64,000 bases of DNA from assembly GCA_017557605.1 (NCBI GenBank), contig JAFYYJ010000109.1, positions 791 to 64,790 of the forward strand, read 5' to 3'. Origin of the DNA: Salinivirgaceae bacterium (GTDB lineage Bacteria > Bacteroidota > Bacteroidia > Bacteroidales > SZUA-534). Both the position numbers and the translations under genes were made by a program. Shown here in pieces: positions 31,489-42,238 of this stretch; the stretch's first letter is position 1; each line of letters starts with the position of its first letter. The notes beneath the pieces are model-generated. The model made no database searches and was not told the DNA's origin. It was given only the letters and a program-made list of their open reading frames with translations.

Positions 31489-32184
31489 ATGGGACAGAAA
31501 TGTAATCCGATAGGTAACAGATTGGGTGTCATCAAAGGATGGGATTCCAATTGGTTTGGAGGCAAGAAATATTCAGAGAAAATTCTTGAGGACAGTAAAA
31601 TTCGTGAGTATCTTCAAGCTCGTTTAGCAAAAGCTGGTGTGTCTAAGATTATCATCGAGCGCACACTCAAGCTTATCACAATAACTATCAACACCGCTCG
31701 TCCGGGTCTTATCATAGGCAAGGGCGGCCAGGAGGTTGACAAGTTGAAGGAAGAGCTGAAGAAAATAACCAAAAAGGAAGTGCAGATAAATATCTTTGAG
31801 ATAAAGAGACCGGAACTCGATGCATTCCTTGTAGGTAACAATATCGCCCGTCAGCTGGAGGGCCGCGTGTCTTACCGCCGCGCTGTTAAAATGGGCATAG
31901 CATCAACAATGCGCATGGGTGCCGAGGGCATCAAAGTTCAAGTGTCGGGACGTCTGGGTGGCGCTGAAATGGCACGGTCTGAGATATTCAAGGAGGGCCG
32001 TATTCCATTGCACACACTGAGAGCCGATATCGACTATGCACAAGTTGAGGCATTGACTAAAGTTGGTTTGATTGGTATTAAAGTTTGGATTTGCAAGGGC
32101 GAAGTTTATGGCAAACGCGACCTTTCTCCCAACATCGGTGCCGCACAACCACAGAAGAAGGGACTTAAAAAACGTCAGAAGTAA
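31489..32184 (+). CDS. rpsC: 30S ribosomal protein S3
   Basis: [13 protein letters not shown], with a KH domain. Confidence 0.97.
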   Translation: MGQKCNPIGNRLGVIKGWDSNWFGGKKYSEKILEDSKIREYLQARLAKAGVSKIIIERTLKLITITINTARPGLIIGKGGQEVDKLKEELKKITKKEVQINIFEIKRPELDAFLVGNNIARQLEGRVSYRRAVKMGIASTMRMGAEGIKVQVSGRLGGAEMARSEIFKEGRIPLHTLRADIDYAQVEALTKVGLIGIKVWICKGEVYGKRDLSPNIGAAQPQKKGLKKRQK

Positions 32185-32202
32185 TCTAAAAATCAGTTAG
32201 AG

Positions 32203-32634
32203 ATGTTACAGCCAAAGAAAACTAAATACAGAAGAGTACAAAAAGGCCGCGCGAAAGGCAACGCCCACCGTGGTCACGAATTGGCTTTCGGATCTTTTGG
32301 TATCAAGGCTTTAGAGAATTGCTGGATTACTGGAAGACAAATCGAGGCAGCACGTCAGGCTGTTACTCGTTATATGAAACGTGAAGGACAAATTTGGATC
32401 AGGATTTTCCCTGACAAAGTAATAACAAAGAAACCTGCCGATGTGCGTATGGGTAAAGGTAAAGGTGATCCTGAAGCTTTTGCCGCTGTAGTAACTCCGG
32501 GTCGTATTATTATTGAGGCAGAGGGTGTTCCATTCGAAATTGCCAAAGAGGCATTACGTCTGGGCGCACAGAAATTGCCAATCAAGACCAAATTCATCGT
32601 CCGTAACGACTATGTTGAATCTTCATCAATTTAA
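32203..32634 (+). CDS. rplP: 50S ribosomal protein L16
   Basis: [11 protein letters not shown]..., canonical L16. Confidence 0.97.
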   Translation: MLQPKKTKYRRVQKGRAKGNAHRGHELAFGSFGIKALENCWITGRQIEAARQAVTRYMKREGQIWIRIFPDKVITKKPADVRMGKGKGDPEAFAAVVTPGRIIIEAEGVPFEIAKEALRLGAQKLPIKTKFIVRNDYVESSSI

Positions 32635-32840
32635 TGAGTATGAAAGCTTCAGAAGTTAGAGAGTTATCGACCTTGGAAATCCAAGAGCAGATTGAGAACA
32701 ATGAAAAGATCCTGACCAAGATGCGTTTGAACCATGCAGTGTCGCCGCTTGACAACACCAATAAAATAGGTGAGACAAAGAGAGACATCGCACGTCTGAA
32801 AACGGAACTGAGAGCCAGAGAGATTAACCAAAAAAAATAA
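32634..32840 (+). CDS. rpmC: 50S ribosomal protein L29
   Basis: Operon order and L29-like sequence. The start overlaps the rplP stop (TAATG); an alternative ATG lies at 32640. Confidence 0.92.
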   Translation: MSMKASEVRELSTLEIQEQIENNEKILTKMRLNHAVSPLDNTNKIGETKRDIARLKTELRAREINQKK

Positions 32841-32849
32841 TTTCGACAG

Positions 32850-33110
32850 ATGGAAACTACAAGAAATCTGAGAAAGGAACGTATAGGTATTGTGGTTAGC
32901 AACAAAATGGACAAAACCATAACAGTTGCCGTTAAACGCAAAGTTAAACACCCACTCTACGGAAAATTCGTGAATAAGACTACCAAGTTGCACGCTCAGG
33001 ACGAAAAGAACGAGTGCAATATAGGTGATACTGTTAAGATTATGGAAACCAGACCTTTGAGCAAAACAAAGAACTGGCGTTTAGTTGAAATCATTGAAAA
33101 AGCTAAGTAG
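32850..33110 (+). CDS. rpsQ: 30S ribosomal protein S17
   Basis: Operon order and S17-like sequence. Confidence 0.96.
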   Translation: METTRNLRKERIGIVVSNKMDKTITVAVKRKVKHPLYGKFVNKTTKLHAQDEKNECNIGDTVKIMETRPLSKTKNWRLVEIIEKAK

Positions 33111-33112
33111 TC

Positions 33113-33478
33113 ATGATACAATCCGAAACTAGATTAAGCGTAGCCGACAACAGCGGTGCAAAAACTGTTCTTTGTATCAATGTTTTGGGCGGTTCAAAAA
33201 AGCGTTATGCTTCGATAGGTGATACTATAGTAGTAGCCGTGAAGACAGCTCTTCCTAGCGGAGATGTAAAAAAAGGTGCTGTGAGCAAGGCCGTGGTTGT
33301 ACGCACAACCAAGGAAATCCGTCGCAGCGATGGCTCTTACATTCGCTTTGATGACAACGCATGTGTGTTACTTAATAATGCAGGTGAAATTAGAGGAACC
33401 CGTATTTTCGGCCCCGTAGCCCGCGAGCTGCGTGACAATTACATGAAGATTGTTTCTCTTGCACCAGAAGTATTGTAA
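33113..33478 (+). CDS. rplN: 50S ribosomal protein L14
   Basis: [17 protein letters not shown], canonical L14. Confidence 0.98.
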   Translation: MIQSETRLSVADNSGAKTVLCINVLGGSKKRYASIGDTIVVAVKTALPSGDVKKGAVSKAVVVRTTKEIRRSDGSYIRFDDNACVLLNNAGEIRGTRIFGPVARELRDNYMKIVSLAPEVL

Positions 33479-33494
33479 TTAAATGATAACAAAA

Positions 33495-33818
33495 ATGGCA
33501 ACAAAATTGCATATCAAAAAAGGAGATACCGTTGTTGTTATCGCTGGTGAGTCTAAAGGACAGCGAGGCAAAGTCCTTAGCGTGCAAGTTGAGAAACAAC
33601 GTGCTATCGTTGAAGGTGTCAACTTGGTGTCGAAACATACCAAGCCGAACGCTAAGAATACCCAAGGCGGTATTGTAAAACAGGAAGCCCCTATTCATAT
33701 TTCGAATTTGATGATGGTAGAGCCCGCAACAGGCAATCCAACCCGTATCGGAAGAAGAAAGAATGAAGAAGGCAAATTAGTAAGATATTCTAAAAAATCA
33801 GGGGAGGAAATCAAATAA
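33495..33818 (+). CDS. rplX: 50S ribosomal protein L24
   Basis: [13 protein letters not shown] matches the usual L24 N-terminus. The track start at 33483 adds 4 residues and remains possible. Confidence 0.93.
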   Translation: MATKLHIKKGDTVVVIAGESKGQRGKVLSVQVEKQRAIVEGVNLVSKHTKPNAKNTQGGIVKQEAPIHISNLMMVEPATGNPTRIGRRKNEEGKLVRYSKKSGEEIK

Positions 33819-34375
33819 TGGAATACGTACCAGAATTACGCAAGAAGTATAAAGAAGTTATTATTCCTGCTTTGACTAAGGAATTTAACTACAAGACCCC
33901 CATGCAGGTTCCAAAACTTGAGAAGATTGTCATCAATCGCGGTGTTGGAAAGGCTATTGCGGACAAGAAGATAATTGACACTGCCGCAGAGGAAGTGGCA
34001 GCCATAACCGGACAGAAGCCGCTTAAGACTTTGTCGCGCATGGATATCTCGAACTTCAAGTTGAGAAAGAAAATGCCGATTGGCGTGAAAGTAACCTTGA
34101 GAAAAGACCGCATGTACGAGTTTTTAGAGCGCCTGATAGTAGTGGCATTACCTCGCATCCGCGATTTCAAGGGTGTAAACAGCAAACTTGACGGCAGAGG
34201 CAATTATACACTCGGTGTTACAGAGCAAATCATCTTCCCGGAGATTGACATCGACAAAATCACGACTATGCTGGGTATGGATATCACTTTTGTGACCACA
34301 GCAAAAACCGATGAGGAGGGATACGCTCTTTTGAGAGAATTCGGAATACCATTTAAAAATCTTAAAAAGAATTAA
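33818..34375 (+). CDS. rplE: 50S ribosomal protein L5
   Basis: Operon order and L5-like sequence. Confidence 0.97.
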   Translation: MEYVPELRKKYKEVIIPALTKEFNYKTPMQVPKLEKIVINRGVGKAIADKKIIDTAAEEVAAITGQKPLKTLSRMDISNFKLRKKMPIGVKVTLRKDRMYEFLERLIVVALPRIRDFKGVNSKLDGRGNYTLGVTEQIIFPEIDIDKITTMLGMDITFVTTAKTDEEGYALLREFGIPFKNLKKN

Positions 34376-34378
34376 TCA

Positions 34379-34648
34379 ATGGCAACAGAATCAATGAAAG
34401 CCCGTGAGGTTAAAAGGGCTAAATTAGTTCAGAAATATGCTGCGAAACGTGAGAAACTTATCGCAGAAGGTGATTATGTCGCTCTTCAGAAACTGCCGAA
34501 GAACGCTTCGCCGGTTCGTATGCATAACAGATGCTCTCTCACTGGAAGACCAAAAGGTTATATCCGTCAGTTCGGCATCAGCCGTATCCAGTTCCGCGAG
34601 ATGGCACTTAAAGGATTAATTCCGGGTGTTAAAAAAGCAAGTTGGTAA
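34379..34648 (+). CDS. rpsN: 30S ribosomal protein S14
   Basis: 89-aa long form, ending KASW. Confidence 0.96.
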   Translation: MATESMKAREVKRAKLVQKYAAKREKLIAEGDYVALQKLPKNASPVRMHNRCSLTGRPKGYIRQFGISRIQFREMALKGLIPGVKKASW

Positions 34649-34666
34649 CCTTAAAGATTTAGAAAA

Positions 34667-35062
34667 ATGACAGATCCAATAGCAGATTTCCTTACACGCA
34701 TAAGGAATGCTCAAATGGCGAGAAGTAGAGTTGTAGAGATACCTTCATCAAACATTAAGAAAGGTATAACCAAAATTCTTTTCGAAAACGGTTACATCCT
34801 GAACTACAAGTTTGATGACGAGAAAGACAACGGCGTCATCAAAATCGCCTTGAAATACAACCTGCAGACAAAAGAGCCGGTTATCAAAAAGTTGGAAAGA
34901 GCAAGCCGTCCGGGTTTGAGAAAATACACCGATGTTGAGAACATGCCGCGCGTCTTGAACGGACTCGGAATAGCAATCTTGTCGACATCGCAGGGTATTC
35001 TTTCGGACAAAGAGGCCAAAGCCAAGAATGTAGGCGGCGAAGTATTGTGTTACATTTATTAA
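34667..35062 (+). CDS. rpsH: 30S ribosomal protein S8
   Basis: [15 protein letters not shown], canonical S8. Confidence 0.97.
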   Translation: MTDPIADFLTRIRNAQMARSRVVEIPSSNIKKGITKILFENGYILNYKFDDEKDNGVIKIALKYNLQTKEPVIKKLERASRPGLRKYTDVENMPRVLNGLGIAILSTSQGILSDKEAKAKNVGGEVLCYIY

Positions 35063-35074
35063 TAGAATCATAAC

Positions 35075-35629
35075 ATGTCACGTATTGGAAAATTACCTGT
35101 AGCTATACCCGCTGGCGTAACAGTCACAGTTGACGGCGACAATGTGGTAGTAGTAAAAGGGCCCAAAGGAACATTGACACAGAAAGTCAATCCTGACATT
35201 AAAGTTGTTGTTGAGCCGACAGTTGTGAAACTGGAGCGTCCTGATGACGAGATAGCTCACAAATCAATGCATGGTTTGTACCGCGCTTTGATTCACAACA
35301 TGGTTGTAGGAGTTTCTGAAGGGTTCAAGTTAGAGATGGAGTTTGTAGGCGTCGGTTATCGCGCCGAGTCTAACGGACAGATGCTTGAGATGAGCCTGGG
35401 TTTCTCTCACAGCATTATGTTTGAGTTGCCGCCGGAAATCAAAGTGGAGGCAAAAACTGATAAACGCAGCAATCCGATGCTGAAACTTGAGAGTTGCGAT
35501 AAGCAGCTTATAGGTCAAGTGGCAGCCAAGATACGCTCATTCCGCATGCCAGAACCTTACAAGGGCAAGGGTATCAAGTTTATCGGTGAACAGATTCGCA
35601 GAAAAGCAGGCAAGTCTGCTGGTAAGTAA
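35075..35629 (+). CDS. rplF: 50S ribosomal protein L6
   Basis: MSRIGKLPVAIPAGV, canonical L6. Confidence 0.97.
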   Translation: MSRIGKLPVAIPAGVTVTVDGDNVVVVKGPKGTLTQKVNPDIKVVVEPTVVKLERPDDEIAHKSMHGLYRALIHNMVVGVSEGFKLEMEFVGVGYRAESNGQMLEMSLGFSHSIMFELPPEIKVEAKTDKRSNPMLKLESCDKQLIGQVAAKIRSFRMPEPYKGKGIKFIGEQIRRKAGKSAGK

Positions 35630-35647
35630 TTTTTAAACTGAAGAATT

Positions 35648-36004
35648 ATGGCATCGTTTAAATTAGAAAGACGCAATAAAATCAAGGCTAGCATTCGCAC
35701 AAGAGTGTCTGGCACAGCAGAAAAACCTCGCATGAGTGTGTTCCGCAGCAACAAGCAGATATCTGTTCAGCTTATTGATGATGTTAAAGGTGTGACTCTT
35801 GCATCGGCTACCTCGATGGTTAAAGGCATCGCCGAGTTAAAGGAGACTAAAACCCAGAAAGCAGAAAAGGTGGGCGAACAAATTGCTAAAGCAGCCTTGG
35901 AGAAGGGAATCAGCCAGGTCGTATTTGACAGAAATGGCTTTTTGTATCATGGCAGAATTAAAGCCTTGGCTGAAGCTGCCCGTAAAGGTGGACTTAAATT
36001 TTAG
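35648..36004 (+). CDS. rplR: 50S ribosomal protein L18
   Basis: Operon order, with [20 protein letters not shown]. Confidence 0.96.
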   Translation: MASFKLERRNKIKASIRTRVSGTAEKPRMSVFRSNKQISVQLIDDVKGVTLASATSMVKGIAELKETKTQKAEKVGEQIAKAALEKGISQVVFDRNGFLYHGRIKALAEAARKGGLKF

Positions 36005-36010
36005 AAGATT

Positions 36011-36523
36011 ATGTCAAACGCAAGAAGAATAAAAACAACGGATCTGGAACTGAAAGATCGCTTGGTGGCAATTAACCGTGTTACCAAGGTAACCAAGGGT
36101 GGCCGTACCTTCACATTCTCGGCAATTGTTGTTGTCGGAAACGAAGACGGAGTTGTAGGTTACGGACTTGGTAAAGCCAACGAGGTGACAACGGCAATAA
36201 GCAAAGGCGTTGAGGATGCAAAGAAGAACCTTATCAAGGTTCCGGTTATCAACGGTACACTTCCTCACGACCAATTTGCAGTTTTCGGCGGCGCTAAAGT
36301 TTACATCTCGCCCGCATCGCACGGTACTGGTGTAAAAGCCGGTGGTGCCATGCGTGCAGTGCTTGAGAGCGTTGGTGTAAAAGACTGCCTTGCTAAGTCA
36401 AAAGGCTCGTCGAACCCGCACAACGTGGTTAAAGCTACAATGGAGGCTTTGGCTCAGATGAGAGACGCCAAAGAAGTGGCCTTTGAGCGTGGTATATCAA
36501 TGGAAAAAGTATTTAAAGGTTAA
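36011..36523 (+). CDS. rpsE: 30S ribosomal protein S5
   Basis: Operon order and S5-like sequence. Confidence 0.97.
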   Translation: MSNARRIKTTDLELKDRLVAINRVTKVTKGGRTFTFSAIVVVGNEDGVVGYGLGKANEVTTAISKGVEDAKKNLIKVPVINGTLPHDQFAVFGGAKVYISPASHGTGVKAGGAMRAVLESVGVKDCLAKSKGSSNPHNVVKATMEALAQMRDAKEVAFERGISMEKVFKG

Positions 36524-36528
36524 TAGTC

Positions 36529-36711
36529 ATGGCTAAATATCGCATAAAACAAATAAGGAGCAAGATTGGCAGCAACAAGCGTCAGGTTGCGACATTGGAA
36601 GCTTTGGGTTTACGCAAACTCAATCAGGTAGTTGAGCATGATGCAAAACCCGAGATACTTGGAATGATAAATGCAGTTAAACATTTGGTTTCTTTTGAAG
36701 AAATTAAGTAA
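36529..36711 (+). CDS. rpmD: 50S ribosomal protein L30
   Basis: 60 aa, in the expected operon position. Confidence 0.94.
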   Translation: MAKYRIKQIRSKIGSNKRQVATLEALGLRKLNQVVEHDAKPEILGMINAVKHLVSFEEIK

Positions 36712-36723
36712 CAAGAAATTATT

Positions 36724-37170
36724 ATGGATTTAAGCAATTTAAAGCCGGCTGCCGGCTCAGTTAAATCTTCGAAAAGAATAGGTCGCGGTGCCGGTTCCGG
36801 TAAAGGCGGAACGTCAACCCGTGGTCATAAGGGAGCAAAATCACGCTCAGGATACTCGAAGAAAGTAGGTTTCGAAGGTGGACAAATGCCATTGCAGAGA
36901 CGTCTGCCAAAATTTGGTTTCAAGAATATCAACCGTCAGGAGTTCAAGGCTGTCAATGTAGGCGATTTGCAGAAATTGGCAGAGACAAAGAACATCACTA
37001 AAATTGACTTTGATATCTTGTTGGCCAACGGTTTGGTGTCTGCCAACGATAAAGTGAAGATATTGGGTAACGGCAAGCTGAGCCTCCAATTAGAGGTTGA
37101 GGCCCATGCATTCTCGAAATCCGCTATCGCTGCTATCGAAGGTCAGAATGGCAAAGTAATAACCTTGTAA
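36724..37170 (+). CDS. rplO: 50S ribosomal protein L15
   Basis: Gly-rich N-terminus GRGAGSGKGGTSTRGHKG. Confidence 0.96.
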   Translation: MDLSNLKPAAGSVKSSKRIGRGAGSGKGGTSTRGHKGAKSRSGYSKKVGFEGGQMPLQRRLPKFGFKNINRQEFKAVNVGDLQKLAETKNITKIDFDILLANGLVSANDKVKILGNGKLSLQLEVEAHAFSKSAIAAIEGQNGKVITL

Positions 37171-37181
37171 TTCCTATACTG

Positions 37182-38510
37182 ATGAAGAGATTTATTGAAA
37201 CCTTAAAGAATATTTGGAAAATTGACGATTTGCGTGATAGGATAGTGAACACATTGCTTCTTATCCTTGTGTATCGTCTGGGAACAATGGTGGTTCTGCC
37301 AGGAATAGACCCGACACAGCTTGCAGCTTTGAAAAATCAGACAGCAAGTGGAATATTGGGTCTTTTGGATATGTTCTCAGGAGGTGCGTTCTCAAACGCG
37401 TCAATATTTGCCTTGGGTATCATGCCTTACATCTCAGCTTCAATTGTTGTCCAATTGCTGGGAATGGCAGTTCCATATTTCCAGAGGTTGCAGCGTGAAG
37501 GAGAAAGCGGCCGCCGTAAGATTAACGAAATCACTAGAATTCTTACTGTCGGCATCTTGTTTTTGCAAGGCCCGGGTTATTTGGCCAATTTGCATTCACA
37601 GTTGCCGGAGTCGGCCTTCATCATCAAAGGTGCATATTTCACGGTGTCTTCAATGTTCATACTTACAGCAGGAACGATGTTTGTGATGTGGCTTGGAGAG
37701 CGAATCACCGACAGGGGTCTGGGCAACGGAATCTCTTTGATAATCATGATAGGTATTATTGCACGCCTCCCGTCAGCTCTTTGGGTTGAGTTCATCTCTC
37801 GTTTGAACGAGCAGGGCGGAGGTCTAGTGATGTTCTTGATTGAGATGATTGCACTGGGAGTTGTCATTCTGTTGACTATCCTGCTTGTACAAGGAACCCG
37901 TAAGATTCCATTGCTGCAGGCAAAACGGATTGTCGGAAACAAACAATACGGAGGCGTTAGGCAGTACATCCCGTTGAAAGTCAACGCTGCAGGTGTTATG
38001 CCTATTATCTTCGCCCAGGCTATAATGTTCTTGCCGATAGTCCTTATAGGATTCTCAAACGCAGAGTCGGCAACAGGCATTGCAGCCGCATTGTCGAACC
38101 CGACAGGCTTCTGGTACAATTTGACAGTAGGATTGCTCATCATTCTTTTCACATATTTCTATACAGCCATTATCATCAACCCGACACAAATGGCCGATGA
38201 TATGAAGAAGAATGGAGGCTTTATACCAGGAGTGAAGCCTGGTCGCAAAACAGTTGAATACCTTGATGCTGTAATGTCACGCATCACATTGCCGGGGTCA
38301 ATATTCCTAGCTTTAGTGGCAATAATGCCGGCCTTTGCCATGATAGCTGGAGTACAGAGCAGTTTCGCCTATTTCTATGGCGGCACATCTCTGCTGATTA
38401 TGGTAGGTGTAGTGCTTGACACTCTTCAGCAAATCGAAAGCCGTTTATTGATGCGTCACTATGACGGATTGATGAAGAGCGGAAGAATCAAAGGTCGTTC
38501 AAACATTTAA
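37182..38510 (+). CDS. secY: preprotein translocase subunit SecY
   Basis: 442 aa and 10 TM helices, with conserved SecY blocks (GIMPYISASIVVQLL). Confidence 0.97.
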   Translation: MKRFIETLKNIWKIDDLRDRIVNTLLLILVYRLGTMVVLPGIDPTQLAALKNQTASGILGLLDMFSGGAFSNASIFALGIMPYISASIVVQLLGMAVPYFQRLQREGESGRRKINEITRILTVGILFLQGPGYLANLHSQLPESAFIIKGAYFTVSSMFILTAGTMFVMWLGERITDRGLGNGISLIIMIGIIARLPSALWVEFISRLNEQGGGLVMFLIEMIALGVVILLTILLVQGTRKIPLLQAKRIVGNKQYGGVRQYIPLKVNAAGVMPIIFAQAIMFLPIVLIGFSNAESATGIAAALSNPTGFWYNLTVGLLIILFTYFYTAIIINPTQMADDMKKNGGFIPGVKPGRKTVEYLDAVMSRITLPGSIFLALVAIMPAFAMIAGVQSSFAYFYGGTSLLIMVGVVLDTLQQIESRLLMRHYDGLMKSGRIKGRSNI

Positions 38511-38672
38511 CAACAGCATTAACTGTGAATGCCGACAGAGATATGGATTGTGCGCACAATTTGTATTGAGTCGGGATTCAGGAGACGTCCGCAAGGAATT
38601 GTCGGTCAGTTAGTGGAAAAGAGGTAAACGCAGAGTCTGAAAAAGACATTTGAGTAACCAAAAAATTAATTT

Positions 38673-38891
38673 ATGGCCAAGCAGGCTTCTATCGAGCAAG
38701 ATGGTACTATCATTGAGGCATTGTCTAATGCAATGTTCCGGGTCGAACTTGAGAACGGGCTGGTGATAACCGCCCACATATCAGGCAAGATGAGGATGCA
38801 CTACATAAAGATACTGCCGGGTGATAAAGTAAAAGTTGAGATGTCGCCTTACGATTTGACTAAGGGACGTATCGCATTCAGGTACAAATAA
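38673..38891 (+). CDS. infA: translation initiation factor IF-1
   Basis: 72 aa; [29 protein letters not shown]..., canonical S1-like IF-1. Confidence 0.97.
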   Translation: MAKQASIEQDGTIIEALSNAMFRVELENGLVITAHISGKMRMHYIKILPGDKVKVEMSPYDLTKGRIAFRYK

Positions 38892-38904
38892 AAGGACTAA
38901 AAAG

Positions 38905-39021
38905 ATGAAAGTAAGAGCATCAATCAAAAAGCGCAGCGCAGATTGCAAAATCGTGCGCCGGAAAGGACGTTTGTATGTGATTAACAAAAAAAATCCGAAA
39001 TTCAAACAACGTCAAGGATAA
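38905..39021 (+). CDS. rpmJ: 50S ribosomal protein L36
   Basis: My own translation gives [38 protein letters not shown]. It falls below the ORF-track length cut-off and sits in the expected infA-rpmJ-rpsM position. Confidence 0.93.
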   Translation: MKVRASIKKRSADCKIVRRKGRLYVINKKNPKFKQRQG

Positions 39022-39059
39022 TTTAATAAATTTGCAACTCAAAAATTTTTAATGTAATT

Positions 39060-39434
39060 ATGGCACGTCTTGTAGGTGTAGATTTACCAAAAAACAAAAG
39101 AGGAGAAATAGGCCTGACATACATTTTCGGTATCGGACGCAGCAGCGCAAGGACAATCCTTGACAAAGCCGAGATAAGCTACGACACCAAAGTGGGTGAC
39201 TGGACAGATGCTGAAATCGCATCGTTGCGCAAAATCCTTGCAGATTACAAACTCGAGGGTGAATTGCGTTCAGAGGTACAATTGAATATTAAGCGACTGA
39301 TGGATGTTGGCTGTTACAGAGGTGTCCGCCACCGTTTGGGTTTGCCCGTTCGCGGTCAGAACACACGTAACAACGCACGTACCCGCAAGGGAAAGAAGAA
39401 AACTGTCGCTAACAAAAAGAAAGCCACTAAATAA
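39060..39434 (+). CDS. rpsM: 30S ribosomal protein S13
   Basis: [14 protein letters not shown], canonical S13. Confidence 0.97.
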   Translation: MARLVGVDLPKNKRGEIGLTYIFGIGRSSARTILDKAEISYDTKVGDWTDAEIASLRKILADYKLEGELRSEVQLNIKRLMDVGCYRGVRHRLGLPVRGQNTRNNARTRKGKKKTVANKKKATK

Positions 39435-39447
39435 TAGGTAATTAATT

Positions 39448-39837
39448 ATGGCACAGAAGTCAAAAACTACAAAGAAAAGAGTCGTTAAGGTTGAGTCAAC
39501 GGGCGAAGTTCACATACACTCTTCGTTCAACAATATCATTATTTCAATCACCAATAGCGATGGACAAGTGATATCGTGGTCGTCAGCAGGTAAGAACGGT
39601 TTCCGTGGTTCGAAAAAGAACACACCGTACGCCGCTCAAGTAGCCGCTGAGGATTGCGCTAAAGTTGCTTTCGACGCAGGCATGCGCAAAGCAAAAGTAT
39701 ATGTTAAAGGCCCGGGAACAGGCAGAGAGTCAGCTATTCGCACTATCCATAATCAGGGTATCGAAGTGACAGAGATTGTGGACGTTACTCCACTTCCTCA
39801 TAATGGTTGCCGTCCTCCCAAAAGGCGTCGTGTTTAA
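39448..39837 (+). CDS. rpsK: 30S ribosomal protein S11
   Basis: Ends in [16 protein letters not shown]. Confidence 0.97.
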   Translation: MAQKSKTTKKRVVKVESTGEVHIHSSFNNIIISITNSDGQVISWSSAGKNGFRGSKKNTPYAAQVAAEDCAKVAFDAGMRKAKVYVKGPGTGRESAIRTIHNQGIEVTEIVDVTPLPHNGCRPPKRRRV

Positions 39838-39865
39838 TTAGTCTAATTGAATAAATAGAAAACAA

Positions 39866-40474
39866 ATGGCTAGATATATTGGACCAAAATCGAAAATCGC
39901 AAGAAAATTTGGTGAGCCTATCTATGGCCCAGATAAGTATTTGGACCGTAAGAATTTTCCTCCGGGTCAGCATGGTCTGAACAAGAAGAGAAACAAATCA
40001 TCAGAGTATGGTACTCAGTTGGCTGAGAAGCAAAAAGTTAAATACACATATGGTGTGTTGGAGCGTCAGTTCGCAAACTTGTTTGCAAAAGCTCAGCGCA
40101 GCAAAGGTATCACAGGTGTTGTTCTGTTGCAATTACTTGAGTCGAGATTAGACAATGTGGTTTATCGTCTGGGCATAGCTCCTACGAGAGCCGCAGCACG
40201 TCAATTGGTTTTGCATAAGCATATTGTGGTTGACGGCGAGGTTGTTAACATCCCGTCATATCTGGTAAAGGCAGGTCAGCTTGTAGGTGTGCGCGAAAAA
40301 TCAAAATCGCTTGAGGTTATTACCGATTCGTTAGCCGGCACAAACCACAGCAAATACCCTTGGATTGAGTGGGATAATGCCGCTATGGCAGGCAAATTCC
40401 TGAACGTTCCGGAAAGAAGCGACATTCCAGAGCACATTGAAGAACAATTGATTGTTGAACTTTACTCTAAGTAA
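39866..40474 (+). CDS. rpsD: 30S ribosomal protein S4
   Basis: [16 protein letters not shown], canonical S4. Confidence 0.97.
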   Translation: MARYIGPKSKIARKFGEPIYGPDKYLDRKNFPPGQHGLNKKRNKSSEYGTQLAEKQKVKYTYGVLERQFANLFAKAQRSKGITGVVLLQLLESRLDNVVYRLGIAPTRAAARQLVLHKHIVVDGEVVNIPSYLVKAGQLVGVREKSKSLEVITDSLAGTNHSKYPWIEWDNAAMAGKFLNVPERSDIPEHIEEQLIVELYSK

Positions 40475-40482
40475 TATTTAAT

Positions 40483-41475
40483 ATGGCAATTTTAGCTTTT
40501 CAAAAGCCCGACAAAGTAATAATGCTGGAACAGAATGACCGTTTTGGTAAATTCGAGTTCCGCCCGCTTGAACCGGGTTACGGACAAACAGTAGGTAACG
40601 CTCTGCGTCGCATATTGTTGTCGTCACTCGAAGGTTTTGCTATCACCACTATCAAAATTGCTGGGGTAGACCATGAATTTTCGACAATTCCCGGTGTGAA
40701 AGAGGATGTTACCGAGATAGTTCTGAACCTTAAACAAGTAAGGTTCAAACAGCAGATTGAGGATATCGACAATGAAAAAGTGTCGATTTCGGTTTCTGAC
40801 CAGGAGACATTTACTGCAGGTGACATTGCCCGCTTCCTTAGCGGTTTTGAGGTCTTGAATCCTGAGCTGGTTATTTGCCGTCTTGACCCTTCGGTCAAAC
40901 TGCAAATGGAGCTGACAGTGAACAAAGGCCGCGGCTATGTTCCTTCAGAGGAGAACATGCCGGTTGACGCACCGTTCGGCGTTATTGCCATAGATTCAAT
41001 ACATACTCCAATTGTTAATGTGAAGTATGCTGTTGAGAATTACCGTGTAGAACAAAAAACCGACTACGAAAAGTTGGTGTTGGAAATAAAAACAGATGGT
41101 TCAATCCTTCCGAAAGACGCATTGAACGAGGCCGCAAAAATCCTCATCCACCATTTCATGTTGTTCTCTGACGAAAAGATTACACTCGATTCGACTGAGA
41201 AATATCAGACTGAAGAGTTTGATGAGGAAATCCTTCACATGCGCCAATTGCTCAAAACAAAACTTATCGACATGGATTTGTCGGTTAGAGCGCTCAACTG
41301 CTTGAAAGCAGCCGATGTTGAGACTTTGGGCGATTTGTGCACATATAACAAAAACGATTTGTTGAAGTTCAGAAACTTCGGTAAGAAATCGTTGACAGAA
41401 TTGGAGGATTTGTTGGATTCGATGAATCTTACTTTTGGAATGGATATGAGTAAGTATAAACTTGAGAAAGATTAA
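40483..41475 (+). CDS. rpoA: DNA-directed RNA polymerase subunit alpha
   Basis: 330 aa with N-terminal and C-terminal domains ([20 protein letters not shown]). Confidence 0.97.
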   Translation: MAILAFQKPDKVIMLEQNDRFGKFEFRPLEPGYGQTVGNALRRILLSSLEGFAITTIKIAGVDHEFSTIPGVKEDVTEIVLNLKQVRFKQQIEDIDNEKVSISVSDQETFTAGDIARFLSGFEVLNPELVICRLDPSVKLQMELTVNKGRGYVPSEENMPVDAPFGVIAIDSIHTPIVNVKYAVENYRVEQKTDYEKLVLEIKTDGSILPKDALNEAAKILIHHFMLFSDEKITLDSTEKYQTEEFDEEILHMRQLLKTKLIDMDLSVRALNCLKAADVETLGDLCTYNKNDLLKFRNFGKKSLTELEDLLDSMNLTFGMDMSKYKLEKD

Positions 41476-41480
41476 TAGCG

Positions 41481-41999
41481 ATGAGACACAATAAAGGTTT
41501 TAATCACTTAGGAAGACAAGCAGGGCACAGAGATGCAATGCTTTCCAATATGGCATCTTCATTAATACTGCACAAGCGTATCTCCACAACTGTGGCAAAA
41601 GCAAAGGCGCTTAAAATGTATGTGGAGCCATTGATTACAAAATCAAAAATCGACTCGACACACTCACGCCGGGTAGTGTTCAGTTATCTTCAGAATAAGG
41701 ACAGCGTAGCAGAGCTTTTCCGCGATGTAGCTGTAAAAGTAGCCAATCGTCCTGGCGGTTATACCCGCATTCTTAAAACTGGCACTCGTGTTGGTGATAG
41801 CGCTGAGATGTGCATCATTGAGCTGGTTGATTATAATGCAAATTATAGCCAGAGCTCAGGTGAGGCAACAAAGAAAACTTCGACACGCCGCCGTCGTTCT
41901 ACAAAGAAGTCAGACGCAGCAGTAGTGGCTGACGCAGTTGAAGTTAAAGAAGAGCCGGTTGCAGAATCGAATGATTCGCAAGAAGCAAAAGCAGAATAG
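41481..41999 (+). CDS. rplQ: 50S ribosomal protein L17
   Basis: [17 protein letters not shown], plus an acidic/charged C-terminal tail. Confidence 0.96.
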   Translation: MRHNKGFNHLGRQAGHRDAMLSNMASSLILHKRISTTVAKAKALKMYVEPLITKSKIDSTHSRRVVFSYLQNKDSVAELFRDVAVKVANRPGGYTRILKTGTRVGDSAEMCIIELVDYNANYSQSSGEATKKTSTRRRRSTKKSDAAVVADAVEVKEEPVAESNDSQEAKAE

Positions 42000-42024
42000 T
42001 CTATTATTATAATAGGTTGTAGAA

Positions 42025-42057
42025 AGCAAGGCCGCTCATGCGGCCTTGCTTTTTTTT
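42025..42057 (+). terminator. rho-independent terminator closing the ribosomal superoperon
   Basis: Hairpin agcaaggccgc-tcat-gcggccttgct followed by ttttttt. Confidence 0.8.
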
Positions 42058-42238
42058 GCTAATCAACTAGATACACTTTTTTGTCATCTGACTTTGTGGT
42101 GTCATTTTTTTATCTACCTTTTATGCGAAATTTAAAGGGGTGTCTGATAAGCATTATTGTTCCGTCAGAATATTTGTCAGATGTTCAGTGTTTTATAAAA
42201 AGTGTTCACTTCCTTGCAAAAGGACAAAATCAATCATT

